DNA of 64,000 nt, taken from the NCBI RefSeq assembly GCF_009914755.1, contig NC_060939.1; one strand, written 5' to 3'. How positions within the stretch are numbered: the first letter of the stretch is position 1; each line of letters begins with the position of its first letter. This stretch comes from the human T2T-CHM13v2.0 reference genome, Homo sapiens. The notes under the pieces are model-generated. The model did not search any database, was not told where the DNA came from, and saw only the letters and a program-made list of their open reading frames with translations. Both the position numbers and the translations under genes were made by a program. Below, piece by piece: positions 55,066 through 64,000 of this stretch.

Positions 55066-55174
55066 CTTTTCAAGTAATTAGCCAATAACTAAAAAGCCTT
55101 TTCCACCCAGCACCTGTTCTTGCATGGCTACTGAACTTTTAAGTAGTTCAACCAGGAATGCCGAAAGAGTAGCA
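55066..55174 (-). pseudogene. NBEA-like exon (109 nt) with nonsense codon
   Basis: CAG|T ATLSAFLVELLKSSVAMQEQVLGGKGFLVIG*LLEK|GTAGGT; TAA at 55078-55080. Confidence 0.93.
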
Positions 55175-58100
55175 CTGCATGTAAAGTACAGATATCATTA
55201 TGTAATCATCACGTTTATTCTAAACACAGTGTTCCAATTTCAGTATTTTATTATGCCAAGAGATAACCATATTCAAATCTAATCTCTATTTTATTGACAA
55301 TGACTATTATGCCTTATATTATGAAAGAATATATTTCCTGATAAGCATGAGAAAACTATTGTCCTTTACAAATTAAATATAATAAACTGAATCATAACTG
55401 TGTAGTTTTTTTACATTCCAAAGTAAAACATCAAAGTTTATCTCTACATATATTTATAGGTCTGGCTTCAAGTAAACCTAAGAAACATACACACATCATT
55501 TTCCATAATAAAGACTGTATCATACTATTATTTTGAATAACAAGCTATTGTAGAGAATTTTAAATATAGATGCAATATTGCTTTGTAAGAACAAGCCCTA
55601 TTTTTAAATAAACTTTTCATTTAGAACTATTCTTCAAAAACACTTTGTTAAAAAAAATCCAGAGGAATATGTAACATGTCACTTATGTCCAGGTATGCCC
55701 TAAGAAAAGCTCATGAGAGCAAAGAAATGATTTATGTAATATTGAAATGAAAAGTGACAATTACACAGTATATAAACAAATACATAAAGGCAGACAGAGG
55801 CGTCAAAGATTTAGCACTTGGTATGTCTTTGGAATGAATGAAGAAACAAAATAGAAAATGACTGCATTGAATTAAGCTTTGATAATATATTACTTCACAG
55901 TTACATATAATGATTTTAACCAGCAACACTGATATATGAATATAGTATTCTGAATAATGGAAATACATATTCCTTCATTGTATATGCTTAATGTAGCTCG
56001 TAATAAATTGTTATATACCAGATTTTATCAACAATTAAAAGAATATCAATTTACAATGTTTTATAATATACCCTAAATTACCTATTTATATTCATAAGAA
56101 AGGGTAAAACCACAAATTTCTAAACATATTTTAAATGCAGAAGTACTCATTCTTACAAGTAATTCAGACAATTTGGTAATAAGGAAAACTTGAAAATTAT
56201 TAAAGCCCGAAAGGAATCTGAAGTTATTCTAATTTTTGAATTATTCTAGCTCTTCCAGTTTCAATAGGGATAATGTATTTTTCTCATAATGTGGCTACTT
56301 TTGTTCAAATCAGAAATGTTCTCATAACAAGAACCAACAGCAAAATTATCATTGTCATTATTATAAAAATTGATAGTTTAATGAATTACATATCAGCTAG
56401 ACAAAATATAGTATCCAGAAATAAAGCACTTCATTATAGGAAATTAAAATTCAATTATATTAACTGACCCTATATCCTTAAACCACAAAAAATGTAAACT
56501 ATCACATATCAATGATTTTTTTTACTTTGTCCTTAAGCCAAAGATAGACACTTACAAGAAAACTACAACTACCAATGAGTCTCTTGGGATTTTAAAAAAC
56601 GTTTCTGTAAAGAAGCACAGCTATTAAGCAATCTAGTCCATTTTAAATGAATTGAATAGTCAAGGCCACTTCACAAATAATTGCTAAGTACTATATTACA
56701 CATAACACATCTGCCTAGATGTGTAAAAAGAATAAAGAAAACCATGCATAGAGATTACACAATTTCCTAATCTGTTCATAGAATTCTTACATACACCAAA
56801 GTTAGTGATTGAGGGAAAATGGATTCCTAAACATGAGCACTGCCAAAAAGACAGACTAGAAATGCCTCACAGTGGTCCTTATGATCCATGAAAAAAGGCA
56901 AAAAAGTATTTTACAGTAAATCACCCTACTATATAGAACCATATACAATTGCAAGGATGACACAGATTTTCTCATTCTTTTATGTCAGAATAACTACTCA
57001 TTCTCAAATATCTAATGAGTTAACTCAGACCTCTAAACACAGTGGAGCTCTATTATAAAAACTGAAATATTAATATTATTATTCCAAAATCTTAACAAGA
57101 CTCTGCTATCCATGAAGTATTAATTTCACTTCAACATTAACTAGGACACCAATTGAAATGTCAAATGCATTCACTAACAAAGGTAGTTTCAATTTATACC
57201 TAAAACCCAATGCAATAGCAATACCACATCTTTGCAAAAAAAAAAAAAATCTTTACAATAAGGTATAATTGACATGGTGGACGTAATAGTAAATAGATGG
57301 CCATCTTTGAAGAGGTACATTTTCAAACATAATTCAACAAACTTACCAGTAACTAAAATGCATCGGATTGTTGCAAGGCTCACAATAAACTTGCAAAATT
57401 CTGTGTACTGCCATACAAAATTTCTCTCCATTCTTGCCTATTTCCAACTTCCCTAGATACAAAGGCAAATATAAAAGATACTTCAGCCCATTCCTATATC
57501 TCCTACATACAACTTCCTCTCTAGAACGCATCAGTTCATCTGCAGAGGATCTAAATATATACTCTAGGATAAACCAAAAAGCAAGTATCGTTGTCAGCCA
57601 AAACTAATACAACATAGAACACTCTCTTGAAAACTATATCAATACCTAGGAAAAGATTTTCAGAGGAGTATTTTATTTTATAGACCAAAAGTATGCTGAT
57701 TATTATGTCATGATATATAATTGCTCAACTTTTCAACAGACAGTACTATAACACATGTTCTATAAGTAGCAATTCTACTTCAGGAATGGATGAGAGTTTG
57801 TAATCCTGTATCTTTTTAAGGAAAATGATGCTAATAATCTAGTGGGTGTTTTTTCTTAAAAATAATTACCATCTTGTAATTCTTAATAAGCTTAATTTAA
57901 GTTAGAAAATAATGTTTATTTCAAGTGTCAGATCGTAAAGGGTTAGACCATGGGAAAAAAATGAAAGAAATAGCATAATAATACCTCTTATAAATTAGCA
58001 TATTTATTATTTCTCCAGAGCTTTTTGGCCTTTATTGATAAAGAATGCCACAACAGTCTTGGCCCACAAATACCTGAGAATATTTATTAACTATGTATAA

Positions 58101-61100
58101 AAACATAACTAACCTGTTTATAATATACATATATTTATATGCCATTAAAATTTAAATATAGATTTTGACTTATTTTACTATAACTTTATCCATTTCAATT
58201 TGTATTTAATTTTTTAAAATAACTAATGTAGATAACTCATGTAATGTGATCCATGAAGTTTTATTATTTTTGAGGTACTTTTATTATTTAGAATTCAATA
58301 TATCATAAAGATACACCTAATTCATAACTAAAATGATTAAGAGTGAATATATAAACCTAAGTTCTGTTCAAAGGTAGCTCTCTGAAGACATAAACTGGCT
58401 ATTCAATTTGGTTTTTACTGAAAAAGCAAAGTACCACAGCTAGATTGGCTTTTTAAATAAAGATCTTTTTATTAAGAAGACTGGAAATAACTTACGTAAA
58501 AAGTAAAGATTCCCCCCCTAAAATCCAATACCTCCTCCACTTTTAAAAGAATGTTGCAAAGTAATCAAGTAGATTAAGTTTCAAATCGGATTTACGGTTA
58601 TCAGTAAGGGGGAAAAAATCTTTTGACATTTTCAAAAGGTTTCATCTCTTAAGCCTAATTTAGGACTGAATTACAGTGAAATATTTTAAAAGATGATTAA
58701 AATTACGTAAAATATTTAATATCATAGTTTCTATAGTATTTCTCTCACTACAAAACTCTTCCTAAATAAGAGTGATCATAGCAGAAATTGACTTCACTGT
58801 ACATTAATCAATTCAATTCCACACCCAAAACAATTTTGCATCCAAGATAATTTTCAGTGACACAAAAAAACTCACAGTAAGTTCTAAGAGTTAATTTCCT
58901 TCACAGTTCAACATTAGAAAGGGCTAAACCATATGCTACAATAGACCTCATGTGATATTTCCAACATGTGGGTTATCTTAGAGTTGGTCTATGATGATTT
59001 TCTCTTCCCTTGAGAATAAGTCACATTTTCCTGACCATTTTTAGAATAAGTACTTTTGGATTATATGCTAAATAGTGTGACTATTACTCTGTACAATACT
59101 GTAGAGAAACTTTCTGGCCAGAAAGTTTCCTATAAAAGCAAAAAATGGGGATATCAGTCCATGCAGACTGACTGTTCCATATTTTGACTACCCTCGCCTG
59201 CTTTTATTCAATCTTCACAATCCTCAGATAGATGTTATCTATATTATGTGCAGAGTTTACAAATGGTTATTTTTGAGAAGATCAGTTTGTTAGGAGCTCA
59301 CCCCTCTATACAAGTATCAGAAATCCTCTGAAGTGATCTTTAATTTTGGAGGTTGTGTTATACTTTTTCTCTTATCAGTTAGAACTTCTTTATGATATAG
59401 CAAATTATAAAAACTATTATACTATCATATTCATAAATGAAGGAGAGAACTCAAAGCTAAATTTTCAAATATCTGGCCATGAAGACTAACTGCTTGCCAC
59501 ACGGGATTAACAGAACAATGAGAAAATGTCTAGTAATAATTATAAAATATAAAAACTTTGTTAAAATCTGATTTGCAAGCTTATGTCAAAGGGCCACCTC
59601 ATACACAATCTTGAAGACATTAAATAACCCCAAATAGCCACTGTAAACTTACCTGGCAGTAAATTTTACTATACTAGACAAATCTACAGTGAGATTTTCT
59701 GTTATTTTAAATATTTTCTGTATTTCTGTATTTTCCAAAATGAACGGTTTATTTAGTTAATAAGTGATACCCTAACTTATTTACTGTTTCCAGAAAATAA
59801 CCAAGTACAGAATATATACTGATAAGCTGCAATGCTCAAAACCAAATATCAACAGAAAAAAATTTACCTAGCACTACAGTGACCAACAGGTCAAAATCAT
59901 TTGTGACAGGCTCCATTGAATATATAGTTTGATGGCATTATTTGAAGGTAGAATTAACTTATTTTATTAATTTTGAAGCCCATATGTTGACATGCTATCT
60001 ACACTAAGCTCAGAATCATAAATATTGTCTGACCATTACAATGAAAGTTCCATATAACTGAAGGCAATAAATATAAATACTGTTATTATACAACACTAAG
60101 TAATTTAAACTCCATTTTGTGATTTATCCAAATGTCCATTAGTTAATTATATTCTCTACACCTTAAAAGTTCCGCTGTAGCCCTCTACCCCGCTTCACTC
60201 ACAGAGAGTGACTTTAGCAAGATAATTTTGACTATGTGTGAACTACTCAGCTTTTCTTCTGTCAAAACACAATCTGATCATTTGCATTCCTCCTTCTCTA
60301 TGTTCTCTGAATTTCTAAAAAAAAAAAAAAGGTTTTTAATATAAAAAATTTTTGCTGATGCCTGTCATGGTGCAATTGTACTTATACTATTTACAAATTG
60401 AGGAAATGCATGTACCTTTGGCTTTATCAACCCCCACTAACAACAAGGGGTGCAGTGAGCTGAGAACTTTCAAAACTTAAAAAAATACTCTCTGATGTAA
60501 TGCCCAAATTTACAGGTATCTCTCTTAAAAGTTCTGACTTTAGGTACTCTACACTGTGTGTTAGGATATTAAGGATACACTACGTCACATGAGCTGTGCA
60601 CGTATGATGACCGGGGTTACTGCTCATTATCACTGTTGTTAAAAAGAATGACGAGAAAGACGTGTGAAAAGAATACTACAAACTACAGAGATTGCAAAGC
60701 TGTTCAGGACAAAGTTTGCTTCTCTGTGAATAGAAGAATTACAAAATTGCTTATATTCAGCCCTTTTCCTTGATGTTGCCAGGAAGCTCCCATCAATTCT
60801 GAGATTTCACATTAGCAATCATATTGGATTTGTATCTTCTTGATACTCTACCTTTTTATATTTCATTTGTTTGCTTGTCACTCTATTTAATATCATTCTA
60901 TTAGAGCTTAAAAAGATACTGCAAGCATTTTATGAAACAACTCAAAGAAGTAGAAAAGAAAAGCAGGCAGCATATTAATAAAAAATGTGAATTACAAAAA
61001 TATTCCTATGCAAGATCAGCAATGGCAGAACCAGGATGCAAACTCGACAAAAAGACCCATGAAAGAAAAAGTAGCTGGACAAGCACAAATTCATTTCTAG

Positions 61101-61257
61101 AGCTAGTAGGACAAAAACAAAAATGATATGGAAAATATATGATAGCAAGTATTGTTACCTTGACATAAAAATAATAGCATTATTATCCTTCAATATTATC
61201 ATGGTTATTAAAGTCACTGAGAAAAAAAGATCTTTTAATATGGGTAAATTCAAACTT

Positions 61258-61284
61258 TCCTCTCTCGCTCTCTCTATATATATA

Positions 61285-61341
<57 letters not shown>
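61258..61341. repeat. Compound microsatellite (CT)n(TA)n(GT)n(TA)n
   Basis: Direct observation. Confidence 0.9.
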
Positions 61342-62210
61342 GACAAAAATAAAAACAGAAATACCAATGCAAAAATACAGAGGCCAAAGAGGGAATTTTT
61401 TTATGTTTTTCCTTTCCATTACACAATCTTCACATTAATTAAATTGAGTTCAATAAAAAAACCACACTTCCGTACAAGACAAGTACTCCTTCAGAATTAT
61501 AAACACTTTGACTATAATGTGTAATTCTCTTTCAGCTCTAAGTAGTTTGAGACTTCACAATTCCCAGTGTGATTTAAACAGAACCCTAATATGTTCCCCT
61601 AGCCAGGTGTACCGCACATTTAAAACTAACTCATATATGTGCATGCTATATCTTACCTAGTCTTTGTTCTTAAAGTTTAAAAAACAGAAAGAATGATAAA
61701 TTACATTAATTAGTTTTGCTAAATTAGTTTACTCACTACTGTACCTACTTCCTCACTGCAATTAAAGCAAAAATATAAACTAAAATTAAATAATTTCAGG
61801 CCCATGAAATATATTATCTTAGATTCCTTCTAAATCTTTAACTCTTCTTTCCAAGTTACCAGTAATATTAACAAGTTCTTTATTATGTTCATTATGTAAT
61901 ATATATTTCAAATTTTTGTATTTTAAATACTACATTAAGCAAAACAGTTTTATAAGATTATTTCAGAATTGTTAAAAGGCATGCTATCAATATTAGAAAA
62001 TATTCTGAAGAATAAAAAAGTTTATAAAAAAAGTTGAGAAAAAAGCACCTTTGAACCGAAAAGAAACATATAATAAAAACTGACTACATTCCAAAAAATA
62101 GAAATGACTCTTAAACTGTATTAAAGAAAGATTTTCACTAAAAGTTATATTACATCACATTTTACATCTAAAACGCTCTCTAGAATTTATAAAATTACAG
62201 TTATTACTAC

Positions 62211-62349
62211 CTTATATCTAGGTCCTAACTGATGAATTGCAAATATCTGTGCTGGGTTGAGTGCTTCACTGAATGGCAACAGGTTTAGCACAGAATACGC
62301 TATTTGCATCGGCAGTTTCTGATGAACCACGAAAGCACTTGTCATAGCT
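62211..62349 (-). pseudogene. NBEA-like exon (139 nt) with an 8-nt frameshift deletion
   Basis: TAG|SYDKCFRGSSETADANSVFCAKPVA / FSEALNPAQIFAIHQLGPRYK|GTAGTA. Confidence 0.92.
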
Positions 62350-63501
62350 CTATTTTTAAAAGTCATTAAAAATGCATTATTTTTAATGATGAAAAGGTTT
62401 AAATCCTTAAATCGGCCTTTAGGAATATTTTAAAATATAACAATAATAATAGAAGAAAGCATCAATTAAGACTTTATTATTTAAATAATAAATGCCAGTC
62501 AAGTTTTTTGGGAAAAATGACCAATTACATGTTTTACACTTACATTTAAGCAAACAAAACAATAGCCACCTACTCAGTCTTCCGACTTACTTTTCAAATA
62601 TTATAGTTAAAGGCAAAAGAGCTTATATTTATTTATTTACAAACGTTAAAATAATTTAAAACTGTCATGATGTATAATGATCCATATATAGAGAGATTGA
62701 TCTGAATCAAGGGAATGACTATTCCAAAATGTAATCATGAAAACATAGGGTCTAATTTTTTAAATTCAACTTTATTTTTGAAATTATGAATCTATTCCTC
62801 TATTCCTCCATATTTAGTAAAACACACAAAGAAAATAAATCCCCGCTCGTGTGTGAGTAGGAACTACACAGAACGAAACACACAATAAGACTATAATCTG
62901 CTGCTTAAAGCAGATGGTACAGTGCTCTCCACATTGAGGAATTCAGCACTGAAGAAGCCAAAAGCTTAAGATCTTTCTAGCCTCTACATCTTACACCCCA
63001 CCCACCCAAACCAGGGAAAGCAGTCATGGCTCAGTTCCCTTCCCCTATCCTCAAAGGCTATTTCACACCTTAGAATGAATAAGCAAGAATCATATATGTA
63101 AGAAGTACTTTTGGTCCTTCAATAAAGTAACAAAAAGAATTGTGAATGCATACAAAGGCAAAAAGAACTGTCGTCATTAAATACCCAATCTTTAATTAGA
63201 AGTATAGGAACTTAAACTTTAACTGCATAAAGTATGTGTCATTATCTAGAATTCTCCACTTCTTAGGGCACTATTACAAATAACCAAAAAACGAAGTCTT
63301 TTCTTTCCAAGATACTGTCTTCTCATTGAATGAGTCAAGACGACCACTGGGATTTCTTCCACTCTATAATAAAAAGACTCTGCAGAGAAGATCTCCTCTG
63401 GAGAGAAGATAAAAAGCAGAATTTCATCTGTCTATTCTAATTCTGAAAACAACATTCTATTAAATATTAATTGGTTGTGGCACAACCATGAGTTTCTACG
63501 G

Positions 63502-63732
63502 CAGGGAAAAGCAACTTTTTCTATAAAGGGACAGACAGAAAATATTTTAAACTTTGCTTGCCACACCTGGTTTCTGTCCCATTCTTCTTTGATTCTGTTT
63601 GTGTCTCAAGAAACAAACAAACAAAAAACCTTTAAAAATTAAAAGCCAAGATTCTTAGGCCCCAGCTTACACAAAACCAGAAACAGGGGGAGGGTCAGAT
63701 TTGGCTCATAGGGTGTAGTCTGCCAAGCCCCG
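63502..63732. mobile_element. MER58B-like hAT-Charlie MITE
   Basis: CAGGGAAAAGCAACTTTTTCTATAAAGGGACAGA...GATTTGGCTCATAGGGTGTAGTCTGCCAAGCCCCG. Confidence 0.7.
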
Positions 63733-64000
63733 ATCTAGGGGACAAACTGTGGACCATACACACAGTGCTAGTTAAACGAATACAAGACACGATAAGCAAA
63801 TCCCTGCCCTTTGGGAAATTAAAGCCTAGAGAGAGATGCAAACAAAACTGAGAAATGAATTGTGTTTAAGAGGTAAGTTCTTGTAAAACCAGGTATGCTT
63901 GAAGGGTTGTATATTATTGAGCTTGGAAGTACTTTCAGCATTAAAACAAACCTTTTACTTTGACTCTGACAGGCCAGAATGTAGACAATGGAAAGCCCCA

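Noticed and set aside
62302-62309. ATTTGCAT octamer as an Ig promoter
   Set aside because: Lies inside NBEA coding-derived sequence (DAN codons) with no leader or V segment nearby.
55066-62349. 8-nt exon deletion compensating for the two lost NBEA exons
   Set aside because: 139 nt leaves phase 1 but the next exon needs phase 2, and that exon has an in-frame TAA anyway.

Overview
Human/primate pericentromeric segmental-duplication mosaic with no intact protein-coding gene. The order RNF145 retrocopy / IGHV1 orphon / NBEA partial copy fits the 15q11.2 IGHV1OR15-NBEAP1 (BCL8) region or a paralogous copy; this locus assignment is from recall and needs BLAT. Left to right: (1) AT-rich palindromic minisatellite; (2) minus-strand processed RNF145 pseudogene joined head-to-head to (3) a near-full-length dead L1PA7-like LINE-1; (4) MER4-type LTR and old repeats; (5) an IGH-derived block with one clear IGHV1 pseudogene (octamer, leader, V exon, 23-RSS) plus two, possibly three, further decayed IGHV relics; (6) from about 20-31 kb to the right end, a minus-strand unprocessed partial neurobeachin duplicate with 8 recognisable exons, stops, frameshifts, two dead acceptors and two missing internal exons, interspersed with Alu, L1, L2, MIR, LTR and DNA-transposon fossils and a tailless U2 retro-fragment. 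I found no convincing new multi-gene system. The best leads are the RNF145 retrocopy, which appears to preserve two non-canonical splice events and a CpG-rich exon 1 directly downstream of the L1 antisense-promoter/ORF0 region, and the hidden IGHV relics. Parent-gene and repeat-consensus comparisons are from memory, not from a run alignment.
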